Shown one piece after another: positions 23,976 to 35,384 of a DNA stretch of 64,000 nt (positions within the stretch are counted from its first letter, which is position 1; each line of letters starts with the position of its first letter). The notes under the pieces were generated by a model. The model had not been told where the DNA came from. It did not search any database and saw nothing but the letters and a program-made list of their open reading frames with translations. Source of the stretch: Raja brachyura. Lineage: Eukaryota. The DNA lies in NCBI GenBank assembly GCA_963514005.1, contig OY740783.1, positions 133,486,001 through 133,550,000 of the forward strand. The letters are read 5' to 3'. The translations under genes were made by a program, and so were the position numbers.

Positions 23976-26900
23976 ATAAGGGGGGTGGGGTATCAAATGG
24001 GATAGTCGAGGACGGAGTTAGAGGGAAAGAGAGTAAAGCGATGGTTAATGACCCCAGAATTAACGGGGAAGAAAGCTCACAAAGGGATAGGAGAGTATGG
24101 CCAAGTGTAATAGGGATCGATGTGAAAGGGGCCACTTGTCAACATAATTGTATAAGGAGTAAGAGTGTTGTAAAAACAAGCCTGAAGGCTTTGTGTCTCA
24201 ATGCGAGGAGCATTCGTAATAAGGTGGATGAGTTGAAGGTGCAGATAGCGATTAATGACTATGCTATAGTTGGAATCACGGAGACTTGGCTCCAGGATGA
24301 CCAAGGCTGGGAGCTGAACATCCAGGGATATTCAATATTCAGGAGGGATAGACGAAAAGGAAAAGGAGGTGGGGTAGCGTTGCTGGTGAGAGAGGAGATT
24401 AATGCAATAGAAAGGAAGGACATTAGCGTGGAGGATGTGGAATCGATATGGGTAGAGCTGCGAAACTCTAAGGGGCAGAAAACGCTAGTGGGAACTGTGT
24501 ACAGGCCACCTAACAGTAGTATTGGAGTTGGGGATGGCATCAAACAGGAAATTAGAAATGCGTGCAACAAGGGTAACACGGTTATAATGGGTGACTTCAA
24601 TCTGCATGTAGATTGGGTGAATCAAATTGGCAGGGGTGCTGAGGAAGAGGATTTCCTGGAATGTATGCGGGATAGTTTTCTCAACCAACATGTGGAGGAA
24701 CCAACGAGAGAGCAGGCTATTCTAGACTGGGTATTGAGTAATGAGGAAGGGTTAGTTAGCAGTCTTGTTGTGCGTTGCCCCTTGGGCAAGAGTGACCATA
24801 ATATGGTTGAGTTCTTCATTAGGATGGAGAGTGACAAAATTAAGTCAGAAACAAGGGTTCTGAACTTGAACAAAGGTAACTTTGAAGGTATGAGATGTGA
24901 ATTGGCCAAGATAGACTGGCAGGTGATTCTTAAAGGGTTGACAGTGGATGTGCAATGGAAGGTATTTAAAGACTGCATGGATGAAGTACAAAAGTTGTTC
25001 ATACCAGTTTGGCAAAAGAATAAATCGGGGAAGATGGTGCATCCATGGATAACAAGGGAAATCAGGGATAGTATAAAAACAAAAGATGAGGCATACAAAT
25101 TTGCCAGAAAAAGCAGCCTACCGGAGGACTGGGAGAAATTCAGAATCCAGCAGAGGAGGACAAAGGGCTTAATTAGGAAAGGGAAAATAGATTATGAAAG
25201 GAAACTGGCAGGGAACATAAAAACTGACTGCAAAAGTTTTTATAGATATGTAAAGAGAAAGAGACTAGTTAAAACAAATGTTGGTCCCTTGCAGTCAGAA
25301 ACAGGTGAATTGATCATGGGGAACAAGGACATGGCAGACCAATTGAATAACTACTTTGGTTCTGTCTTCACTAAGGAAGACATAAATAATCTGCCGGAAA
25401 TAGTAGTGGAACGGGGGTCAAATAAGATGGAGGAACTGAGTGAAATCCAGGTTAGCCGGGAGGTGGTGTTGGGTAAATTGAACGGATTGAAGGCCGATAA
25501 ATCCCCAGGGCCAGATAGTCTGCATCCCAGAGTACTCAAGGAGGTAGCCACAGAAATAGTGGATGCATTAGTGATAATTTTTCAAAATTCCTTAGATTCT
25601 GGAGTAGTTCCTGAGGATTGGAGGGTAGCTAATGTAACCCCACTTTTTAAAAAAGGAGGGAGAGAGAAAGCGGGGAATTACAGACCAGTTAGTCTAACAT
25701 CGGTAGTGGGGAAACTGCTAGAGTCAGTTATTAAAGATGGGATAGCAGCGCATTTGGAAAGTGGTGAAATCATTGGACAAAGTCAGCATGGATTTACGAA
25801 AGGTAAATCATGTCTGACAAATCTGATAGAATTTTTCGAGGATGTAACTAGCAGAGTGGATAAGGGAGAACCAGTGGATGTGTTATATCTAGACTTTCAG
25901 AAGGCTTTCGACAAGGTCCCGCATAAGAGATTAGCATACAAACTTAAAGCACACGGTATTGGGGGTTCAGTATTGATGTGGATAGAGAACTGGCTAGCAG
26001 ACAGGAGGCAAAGGGTAGGAGTAAACGGGTCCTTTTCAGAATGGCAGGCAGTGACTAGTGGGGTGCCGCAAGGCTCAGTGCTGGGACCCCAGCTATTTAC
26101 AATATATATTAATGATTTGGACGAGGGAATTCAATGCAACATCTCCAAATTTGCAGATGATACCAAGCTGGGGGGTATAGTTAGGTGTGAGGAGGATGCT
26201 TGGAGGCTGCAGGGTGATTTGGATAGGCTGAGTGAATGGGCAGATGCATGGCAGATGCAGTACAATGTGGATAAATGTGAGGTTATCGACTTTGGCGGCA
26301 AAAACATGAGGGTAGACTATTATCTGAATGGTGGCAGATTAGGTGAGGGGGAGATGCAACGAGACCTGGGTGTCATGGTACGCCAGTCATTGAAAGTAGG
26401 CATGCAGGTGCAGCAGGCAGTGAAGAAAGCAAATGGTATGTTAGCATTCATAGCGAAAGGATTTGAGTATAGGAGCAGGGAGGTTCTACTGCAGTTGTAC
26501 AGGGTTTTGGTGAGGCCACACCTGGAGTACTGCGTACAGTTTTGGTCTCCAAATCTGAGGAAAGACATCCTTGCCATAGAGGGGGTACAGAGAAGATTCA
26601 CCAGACTTATTCCTGGGATGTCAGGACTTTCATATGAGGAAAGATTGGATAGACTCGGTTTGTACTCGATGGAATTTAGAAGATTGAGGGGGGATCTTAT
26701 AGAAACCTACAAAATTCTTAAGGGGTTGGACAAGCTAGATGCTGGAAGATTGTTCCCGATGTTGGGGGAGTCCAGAACAAGGGGTCACAGTCTAAGGATA
26801 AGGGGGAATCCCTTTAGGACCGAAATGAGGAAAACATTCTTTACACAGAGAGTGGTGAGTCTCTGGAATTCTCTGCCACAGAAGGTAGTTGAGGCCAGTT

Positions 26901-26989
26901 CATTGGCTATATTTAAGAGGGCGTTAGATGTGGCACTTGTGGCTAAAGGGATCAGGGGGTATGGAGAGAAGGCAGGTACGGGATACTGA
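23915..26989 (+). CDS. CR1 ORF2: APE endonuclease + reverse transcriptase (open frame of 1024 codons; true start uncertain)
   Basis: APE motifs LNARS, GITETW, MGDFN, SDHN; RT motifs [34 protein letters not shown]. Confidence 0.97.
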   Translation: MGDQHSGRQVCHCYTDGFKLNKGGGVSNGIVEDGVRGKESKAMVNDPRINGEESSQRDRRVWPSVIGIDVKGATCQHNCIRSKSVVKTSLKALCLNARSIRNKVDELKVQIAINDYAIVGITETWLQDDQGWELNIQGYSIFRRDRRKGKGGGVALLVREEINAIERKDISVEDVESIWVELRNSKGQKTLVGTVYRPPNSSIGVGDGIKQEIRNACNKGNTVIMGDFNLHVDWVNQIGRGAEEEDFLECMRDSFLNQHVEEPTREQAILDWVLSNEEGLVSSLVVRCPLGKSDHNMVEFFIRMESDKIKSETRVLNLNKGNFEGMRCELAKIDWQVILKGLTVDVQWKVFKDCMDEVQKLFIPVWQKNKSGKMVHPWITREIRDSIKTKDEAYKFARKSSLPEDWEKFRIQQRRTKGLIRKGKIDYERKLAGNIKTDCKSFYRYVKRKRLVKTNVGPLQSETGELIMGNKDMADQLNNYFGSVFTKEDINNLPEIVVERGSNKMEELSEIQVSREVVLGKLNGLKADKSPGPDSLHPRVLKEVATEIVDALVIIFQNSLDSGVVPEDWRVANVTPLFKKGGREKAGNYRPVSLTSVVGKLLESVIKDGIAAHLESGEIIGQSQHGFTKGKSCLTNLIEFFEDVTSRVDKGEPVDVLYLDFQKAFDKVPHKRLAYKLKAHGIGGSVLMWIENWLADRRQRVGVNGSFSEWQAVTSGVPQGSVLGPQLFTIYINDLDEGIQCNISKFADDTKLGGIVRCEEDAWRLQGDLDRLSEWADAWQMQYNVDKCEVIDFGGKNMRVDYYLNGGRLGEGEMQRDLGVMVRQSLKVGMQVQQAVKKANGMLAFIAKGFEYRSREVLLQLYRVLVRPHLEYCVQFWSPNLRKDILAIEGVQRRFTRLIPGMSGLSYEERLDRLGLYSMEFRRLRGDLIETYKILKGLDKLDAGRLFPMLGESRTRGHSLRIRGNPFRTEMRKTFFTQRVVSLWNSLPQKVVEASSLAIFKRALDVALVAKGIRGYGEKAGTGY

Positions 26990-27549
26990 GTTGGATGATC
27001 AGCCATGATCACATTGAATGGCGGTGCAGGCTCGAAGGGCCGAATGGCCTACTCCTGCACCTATTTTCTATGTTTCTATGTTTCTATGAGAACTTACCAG
27101 TTTGAAGATTGATCTTGATTTGATGAGGAGTTACGTTGGTGATTACATGCGCGCCACGCCCAACCCTCTCTCATCAAGATCATCTGGTAGTTCTCGAGTC
27201 ACGCATCTTACTATGTCACTTCGGTGATTGTTATTTGTAATTTCATACCGCTGCTTTGAAGATTGATGCGCATGCGGCCTGAACGCGGTTCTTCGCGTCA
27301 TCACCAACGTAACTCCTCATAAAATCAAAATCAAACTTCAAACTGGTAAATTCTCATTTAATCTTACTACTTTAACCGTACCCTATATCTGACTTTAATC
27401 AGATAGGCACAGAAAAAAAAATAAAACAGCTCACAGATCAGTGGTGAGTTTATCGAATGTCGGTTTATTAGTAGGCTGTGGGCCTGGGAGCTTTTTCATT
27501 CAGACTCGTGACCCAAATCATGGAACTACCTAAATGTTTAACATATTAA

Positions 27550-27830
27550 ACCATATAACCATATAACCATATAACAATCACATCACGGAAACAGGCCTTC
27601 TCGGCCCTTCCAGTCCGTGCAGACCATTTATTTCCCCCCTCATGTTTCCCCTAAACTTCTGTCCCTTAATTCTCATGTCATGCCCTCTTGTTGGAATCTT
27701 CCCTACCCTCAATGGGAAAAGCTTATCCACGTCAACTCTGGCTATCCCTTTCCTAATTTTAAAGACCTCAATCAAGTCCCCCCCTTAACCTTCTGCGCTC
27801 CAAAGAATAAAGACCTAACTTGTTCAAACT
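27550..27830 (-). mobile_element. CR1 3' fragment, (TTATATGG)n-tail subfamily
   Basis: LIEVFKI..GI.RVDVDKLFPLRVG; (CCATATAA)3 on the plus strand. Confidence 0.85.
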
Positions 27831-28039
27831 AAGAATAACGACCTTACTTGTTCAGCCTATGTAAAATATTGTGTAAAAATATTATAAAGATCATACCTCA
27901 AACTTGTCAAGAACAACACCCGCACATTTCTTTTATAAATATGAGAAAAACCTTAAGTTTTCTGAGTAGCAATTGCCCAATCAACGCACGTTTGATATTG
28001 ATATATATTAACCGGTTTGTAATTCCCCGTTTTCCGTCT

Positions 28040-30885
28040 CCCACTTTTCAAGAAAGGAGCGCGAGGAAAACCGGGGAATTACAGACCAGTTAGCCTGACT
28101 TCGGTGGTGGGAAAGATGCTGGAGTCAATTTTTAAAGAGGTAATAATGGGGCATTTGGACAGCAGTGAAAGGATTAATCCAAGTCAACATGGATTTATGA
28201 AAGGAAAATCATGCTTGACTAATTTTATCGAATTTTCTGAGGATGTGACAAGTAAAATGGGTGAAGGGGAGCCAGTGGATGTAGTGTATCTAGACTTTCA
28301 GAAAGCCTTTGATAAGGTCCCGCACGGGAGACTGGTGACTAAAATTAGAGTACATGGTTTAGGGGTAGGGTGTTGACGTGGATAGAAAATTGGTTGGCAG
28401 ACAGGAAGCAAAGTTTAGGAGTGAATGCGTCATTTCCAGAATGGCAGGCAGTGGCGATTAGAGTGCCACAAGGCTCGGTGTTGGGACCGCAACTGTTTAC
28501 CATATATATTAATGATTTGGAAGAGGAAATTAGGTGCAACACTAGGAAGTTTGCGGATGACGCAAAGCTGGGTGGGAGTGTGAACTGTGAAGAGGATGTT
28601 AGGAGGTTGCAGGGTGACCTGGACAGGTTGAGTGAGTGGACAGATGCGTAGCAGAAGCTGTACAACATAGACAACTGTAAGGTTATCCACTTCGGCAGCA
28701 AAATTATCTCAATTGGGTTAGGTTAGGTAAGGGGGGAGGTACAGCGACACCTGGGTGGCCTTGTACACCAGTCACTGAAAGTTGGCGTGCAGGTACAGCA
28801 GGCAGTGAAGAAAGCTAATGGAATGTTGGCCTTCATAACAATAGGATTTCAGTATAGGAGTAAAGGGGTTCTTCTCCAGTTGTATAGGGCACTGGTAAGA
28901 CCACATCTGGGGTATTGTGTACAATTTTGGTCTCCTAATTTGAGGAGGGACATCCTTGTGATTGAGGCAGTGCAGCATTAGTTCGTGAGATTGATCCCTG
29001 GGTTGGTGGGAGTGTCAGACGAGGAAAGATTGAAAAGACTAGGCTTGTATTCACTGGGGTGTAGAAGGATGAGGGGGTATCTTATAGAAACATATACAAT
29101 TACAAAAGGACTGGACAAGCTACTTGCAGGAAAAATGTTCCAAATGTTTAAAACATGCTCCATTGTTTTAAAAGGGTTCAAAGCATAAACTTAGCAATTG
29201 TAGACCGGCTAATTTGACGTCAGTGGGCAAATTAATGGAAAGCATACTTAGAGACAATATATATCAGCATCTGGATCAACAAGGTGTGATCTGGAACAGT
29301 CAACATAGATTTGTGCCTGGAAGGTCATGTTTGACAAACCTTCTTGAATATTTTGAAGAGGTTACTAGGGAAATTGATGAGGGTAATGCAGTGGATGTTG
29401 TCTATATGGATTTCAGTTAGGCCGTTGACAAGGTTTTCCATGGAAGGTTGGTTAAGAAGGTTCAATCGTTGGATGTTAATGGCAGAGTAGCAAGATGGAT
29501 TCAACAGTGCCTAAATGTGAGATGTCAGAGAGTAATGGTGGATGACTGTTTGTCAGGTTGGAAGCCGGTGACCAGTGGGGTGCCTCAGGGATCTGTGTTG
29601 GGTCCACTGTTGTTTGTCATGTACATCCATGATCTGGATGATGGGGTGGCACATTGGATAAGTAAGTATGCAGATGATACTAAGATAGGTGGTGCTGTGG
29701 ATAATGAACTAGATTTTCAAAGTCTACAGATTGATTTGGGCCATTTGGAAAAGTGGGCTGAAATATGGCAGATGGAGTTTAATGCTGATAAGTGTGAAGG
29801 ACTTGGCAGGACAAATCAAAACAGGACGTACATGGTAATTGGTAGGGAATTGAGGAATGCTGTGGAACACAGGGATCTAGGAATAACTGTGCATAGTTCC
29901 CTGAAGGTGAAATCGCATGTAGGATGGTTAAGAAAGCTTTTTGTGCGCTGGCCTTTATAAATCAGAGCATTGAATATAGGAAGTAATGTTAAAATTGTAC
30001 AAAGCATTGGTAAGACCAATTGTGGAGTATGGTGTACAATTTTGATCGCCTAATTATAGGAAGGATGTCAACAAATTAGAGCGAGTACAGAGGAGATTTA
30101 CTAGAATGTTGCCTGGGTTCCAGCAACTAAGTTACAGAGAAAGGTTGAATAAATTAGGTCTTTATTCTTTGGAGCGCAGAAGGTTGAGGGGGGACTTGAT
30201 TGAGGTCTTTAAAATGATGAAAGGGATAGACAGAGTTGACGTGGATATGCTTTTCCCATTGAGGGTAGGGAAGATTCAAACAAGAGAGCATGACATGAGA
30301 ATTAAGGGACAGATATTTAGGTGTAACATGAGGGGGAACTTCTTTACTCAGAGAGTGGTGGTTGTGTGGAATGAGCTTCCTGCAGAAGTGGTGGAGGCAG
30401 GATCAATTTTAACATTTAAAAGTAAAGTGGATAGGTATATGGACGGGAAAGGAATGGAGGGGTATGGTCTGAGTGCATGTGGATGGGACTAGGGGAAAAT
30501 AAATGGTCGGCACGGACGGAAAGGGCCGAGAGGGCCTGTTTCCGTGCTGTAATTGTTATATGGTTATATGGTTAATGTTGGGCGATTCGAGAACCAGGGC
30601 CACAGTCTTAGAATATAGGGGAGGCCATTTGAGACTGAGGTGAGAAACAACTTTTCACTCAAGCTGTGAATTTGTGGAATTCCCTGCCACAGGGGGCAGT
30701 GGCGGCCAAATCACTGGATGGATTCAAGAGAGAGTTAGATTGAGCTCTAGGGGCTAGTGCAATCAAGGGATATGGGGAGAAAGCAGGCACGGATTATCGA
30801 TTGGGGACGATTATCCATGTTCACAATGAATGGTGGTGCTGGCTCGAAGGGCCGAATTGCCTCCTCCTGTTTCTATGTTTCTATA
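28040..30885 (+). mobile_element. Decayed CR1 RT/3' end (28040-29148 and 30580-30885) hosting a nested CR1
   Basis: RT motifs in ORFs 28104-29188; the host resumes at GGGCGATTCGAGAACCAGG after the insert. Confidence 0.88.
29149..30573 (+). mobile_element. Nested 5'-truncated CR1, (TTATATGG)n tail
   Basis: SKYADD RT motif; AATGTT target-site duplication at 29143-29148 and 30574-30579. Confidence 0.88.
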
Positions 30886-31424
30886 TATCCGCCCGGAGCA
30901 GTGTGATCAAGTCCAAGCTGCTTCCCCAACCACAAAAAACTGAACGCATTTTATTCCTTCATGTCACCAAGGTCGCTTATGGAGTTCAACTGAACCACCA
31001 GTATCAATCTCTGTAACCTTTTATCTTTGTCTTTTGCCCGCGTTCATTTCATCTAACGTTTCCTATTGTTTGCAAACTCTCCTCCCAAAGATCTGATGCA
31101 GATACCATAAATATTAAGATTCTACTCGTCCCCTGATAAAATCGGTCGTTTGTTAACCTTCCTTAGATGTACCTGCTAAACACAGTGAGCAGCTGTAATC
31201 ACTAGAATGCAACAGATACAAACCTAGACAGAATTAATAAAGACTATCCTTCTCCCAATAGATCAGAGAGCCTGTTTTTTCAGCGGAATGTTTCAGCTTT
31301 CCTATTCTAACTACATTCTTAGCCATTTTTCCAATCATGCCTACTCAGTATGTGAGCTCTAAGGTTAATCATATTATAAACTATTAATCTTCCCCAAAAT
31401 TCTCAGAATTCACAATAACAAGAT

Positions 31425-31868
31425 CCAAACATCTAGCTATTTAGCTAGCAAGGTCTATCTAGATCACTCTCTCAAGAGAGAGCGTACCTCCACAGAGAAC
31501 TGCCTATCTAATTAACAAACGATCCAAATATCAATCCTGTTGATTAGCAATCTAGCTATCGAACGACCCGGTTATCTCGTTCTATTGTTATCTGAAGAAG
31601 GGTCTCGACCCGAAACGTCGCCTATCTCCTTCGCTCTTTAGATGTTGCTGCACCCGCTGAGTTTCTCCAGCCTTTTGTGTACCCTCTGTTGCTATCAAGC
31701 TAGTTCTATCTGCCTGGCTATCTGCCACCTATCTATCTAGCTATCTAGCAATATAGTAAACGAACTAACTAGTTATCTTGCTATCTATCTAGCTATTTAT
31801 TTATCTAGCTCGTCAAATATCTTGCTGGCTATCAAACTATCTTGCAATCTGCCTATAGCTCTCTAGAT
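31425..31868. repeat. Degenerate CTATCTAG-rich low-complexity tract with a Penelope-like fragment at 31592-31684
   Basis: Many CTATCT/CTAGC words. Confidence 0.6.
31592..31619 (+). ncRNA. Minimal hammerhead ribozyme-like core (Penelope-associated)
   Basis: CTGAAGA-A-GGGTC(TC)GACCC-GAAAC-GTC: complete catalytic core, 5-bp stem II, palindromic ACGT stem III; stem I is weak. Confidence 0.55.
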
Positions 31869-32628
31869 GGATTCAACAGTGGCTGAATGGGAGAAGCCAG
31901 AGGGTGGATGGCTGTTTGTCGGGTTGGAGGCAGGTGACTAGTGGGGTGCCTCAGGGTTCTATGTTGGGTCCTTTGTTGTTTGACATGTACATCAATGATC
32001 TGTATGAAGGGGTGGTAAATTGGATTAGTAAGTATGCAGATGATACCAAGATAGGGGGTGTTATGGATAATGAAGAAGATTTCCAAAGTCTAATGCTGAT
32101 AAATGTGAGGTGCTACACCTTGGCAGGACAAATCAAAATAGGACATACATGGTAAATGGTAGTGAATTGAAGAATACGGTTGAACAGAAGGATCTGGGAA
32201 TAACCGTGCATAGTTTCTTGAAGGTGGAATCTCATATAGATAGGGTGGTAAAGAAAGCTTTTCGTATGCTGGCCTTTATAAATCAGAGCATTGTATAGAA
32301 GCTGGGATGTAATGTTAAAATTTTACAAGGCATTGGTGAGACCAAATCTGGAGATTGGTGTACAATTTTGGTCGCCCAATTATAGGAAGGATGTCAACAA
32401 AATAGAGAGGGTACAGAGGAGATTTACTAGAATGTTGCCTGGGTTTCAACAGCTAAGTTACAAAGATAGGTTGAATAAGTTAGGTCTTTATTCTCTGGAG
32501 CGCAGAAGGTTAAGGGGGGACTTGATAGAGGTCTTTAAAATGATGAGAGGGATAGACAGAGTTGATGTGGACAAGCTTTTCCCTTTGTGAAAAGGGAAGA
32601 TCCAAACAAGAGGACATGACTTTAGAAT
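31866..32628 (+). mobile_element. CR1 RT fragment cut by the hAT-type element
   Basis: GVPQGSMLGP, SKYADD, RFTRMLPGFQQL; ends at RGHDFR. Confidence 0.88.
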
Positions 32629-33874
32629 CAGGCACGTGCCGTCAGGGTAGGCAAGGTAGGCACTGCCTACCCTGACTAAAATTATAACATAGTAATAACT
32701 AAATATAAATAATAAAGGCATGGGGAATTATGCCTATGTAAGAGACCGATCTATTAGGTAGGCATAATTCTCCGTGCCTTTCATCCGCAGCGCTTGTAAC
32801 ACGGGAAGGTCTGTGCATCCCACGTGCCGTCAGCGCTGCCTGAAGCCGTCAGTTTCAAGCGGGGCTGAAGGCAGCAGAAACTCTGCCTTTGCTGTACTGC
32901 GCATGAGCATCAGTCTACTGCGCATGCGCAGCGCAAGTTTTTGGCGGGGTTTTCATCTATGGTTTGTCGTGTACCAATAATGTGGTAAGTACATTTTGTG
33001 TTTATGTTTTTAAATACCGTATTTCCCGGGGTGTGGGGGTGGGGGAGAGCTCCTTTCACAGCGTTTGGCGAGTCTGGCCGGGGTAAAGTTGAGGGAGGGC
33101 ACGAATGTTATGAATGAGGGGATTGGGATAATGCCACTTGCAATGCTCCTTGCACGGGGGCGTGCAATCACACCGCATTGAGGCGGGGAAGGGGAGAAGT
33201 AGCTCGGGTGGCTGAGCCGAGGGGCCGGACAGCAAATCAGGCACCACCTTGGCTCCTTCTGCCGGTCCCCGTTCACCTCTGGCAGCTCTCTGTCTAAAAA
33301 CCTCTCTCGTGCCGTTCGCTGGCCTCACTCATGTCCTTAAATTCTGACAGCGCGATTGAGGTTACTCGGCTGTGGGGCTTTAATTTGCGGGAAGCCGCTG
33401 ACATGAGCGAAGTCGGCGAAGGGCAGGTGACAGGTGTTCCGACGGAGAGCACTGCCAGAAGTGAGCGGGCCGGCAGAAGGCGCTGAAGTGGCGGCCAGTT
33501 TTGCCGTCGGGACCCAGTGGCCGCTCGTAGCTCCCCGAGCTGCTTCTATCCCCAGCTACAGTGCGTGGCTTCGCGCCCGGAGAGCTGCGGTTGCGGTGAT
33601 TGAGTGAGTTACCGGCAGTATCCCCGGCACCCTCCTTCTCAACACTCGTGCCCTCCCCACAACTTTACCCCTGGCACAGACTCTCCATACGCTGTGAAAG
33701 GAACTATTCCCCCAATTGGTCTAGGACTAGGAAGCCTTGGGCGAATTGAAATGTCACTGTTTTTATTTATTTATTTATTTAACGGGGAGAACAATCTGCG
33801 CATGCGCGGTTTAATTTTTTTTATGAAAGCGGACTGAGTGCCTACCCTGAGTAATTACTCACGGCACGTGCCTG
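32629..33874 (+). mobile_element. Non-autonomous hAT-type DNA transposon, copy A (no TSD)
   Basis: Perfect 14-bp TIRs CAGGCACGTGCCGT, subterminal CAGGGTAGGCA motifs, homologous along its length to 45589-47044. Confidence 0.85.
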
Positions 33875-35382
33875 CCTTGCTCCTATACTCAAATCTCCTC
33901 GCTGTGAAGGCCAACATGCCAGTTGCTTTATTCACTGCCTGCCTAACCTGCATGTTTATTGTCAGTGACTGATGTACAACGACACACAGGTCTCGTTGCA
34001 CCTTTCTTTTTACTAATCTGACACCAATCAGGTAATAATCTGCCTTCTTTTTCTTGCCACGAAAATCGATAATCTCGAATGTATCCACATAATACTGCAT
34101 CTGCCTTGCATCTGCCCACTTACACAACCGATCCAAGTCGCCCTGTAGCTTCAAATAATCTTACTCGCAGCTCACACTACCACCCAGTTCTGTGTCATCT
34201 CCGAACTTGGAGATGTTAAATTGAATTCCTTCGTCCAAACCAGCATTGAGCCTTGCGGCACCCACTAGTCATGGCCTGACATTCTTAAAATGGCCCGTTA
34301 ATTCCTAGTCTTTGCTTCCTGTCTGCTAACCAGTTCTCTATCCGTGATAATATCTAACCCCCAATACCATGTGCACTCATTTTGCCCACTAATCAATTGT
34401 GTTGGAACCTTTCAAAGGGCTTTAGGGAGTCCAGATACACCACATCCACTGGCTCTCCCTTATCAATTTTCCCTCTTACACACTCAAAACATTCCTGAAG
34501 ATTCATCAAACATGGTTTCCCCTTCATAAATCCATGCCGAATTTGATTGATCCTGTCAGTGCTTTCCAAATGCCTTGCAATTACATCTTTAGTAATCGAC
34601 TCAAACATCTTCCCCACTACTGATGTCAGGCCAACTGGTCTATAATACTCCGTTTTCTCTCTCCGTCCTTTCTTAAAGAGTGGGGTTATATTAGCTACCG
34701 TCCAGTCCACAGGAACTGATCCAGTGTCTGTAGATCATTGGAAAATGATAACCAATACATCCACGATTTCGAGGGCCACCTCCTTGAGTTGTTTCGGATG
34801 CAGACCATCAGGCCTTGGGGATTTATCTGCCTTCAGTCTATCTAACAACATTTCCTGACTAATGTGGATTTCCTTCACTTGCTCCCTCCTACTAGATCCT
34901 CGGTCCCCTTGTATTTCTGGGGGAATATTTGTGTCTTCCTTAGTGAAGACAGGATCAAGGTATTTGTTTAACTGGTCTGCCATTTTCTTGTTCCCATTAT
35001 AAATTAACCTGTTTCTGACTGTAAGGGACCTACATTTGTCTTCGCTGCTATTTCCCCCGCAAGCTTCCTTTCATGCTCCATCTCCCCCTGTTAATTAAAC
35101 CCTTTGTCCTCCACTGTTAAATTTTAAATTTCTCCCAGTGCACCGGTTTGCTGCTTCCTCTGGCCAATTTATGTGCGCTGGATTGAACACTGTCCCCAAT
35201 TTCGATCGTTAGTCACGGTTCCGCCGCGTTCCCTGTTTTATTTTTAAACCAAATCAAGGGTGAACAATTGCTGCAATTCATCCATACGATCTTTAACTCT
35301 TTGCCATTGCATATCCATTGTCAAGCCTTTAAGTATCATTTGCCATTTTGTCCTAGCCAATTCCTGTCTCATGCCATCAAAA
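33875..35382 (-). mobile_element. Old CR1 ORF2 fragment
   Basis: DWTVANITPLFKKG...YRPVGLTS, KADKSPRPDGLHP, ELARTKWQ; many lesions. Confidence 0.88.
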
Positions 35383-35384
35383 CC

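Larger units (their letters stand above)
22773..27085 (+). mobile_element. Full-length CR1 (HER1-like) LINE, young
   Basis: 5' UTR, ORF1, intact ORF2, 3' UTR and (TTTCTATG)3 tail; ATGAG target-site duplication at 22768-22772 and 27086-27090. Confidence 0.95.
19518..27369 (+). mobile_element. Decayed DIRS retrotransposon (5' end missing), interrupted in its ICR by a full-length CR1
   Basis: Remnants SRVIGNIVA (RT), LLQTDA (RNase H), FFYVFLHFCLIRRVLK (MT-like) and LVQTISRWQKLILGYAG...SHSPRSASTS (tyrosine recombinase, 22273-22473). The ICR starts CTTCACGGAATCACTCATGTGACTCCGAAGTTAAATAGT (about 22722-22772) and resumes at 27086. The 3' terminus ends TTTAATCTTACTA (27369) and is homologous to 52396-52732. 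Confidence 0.85.
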
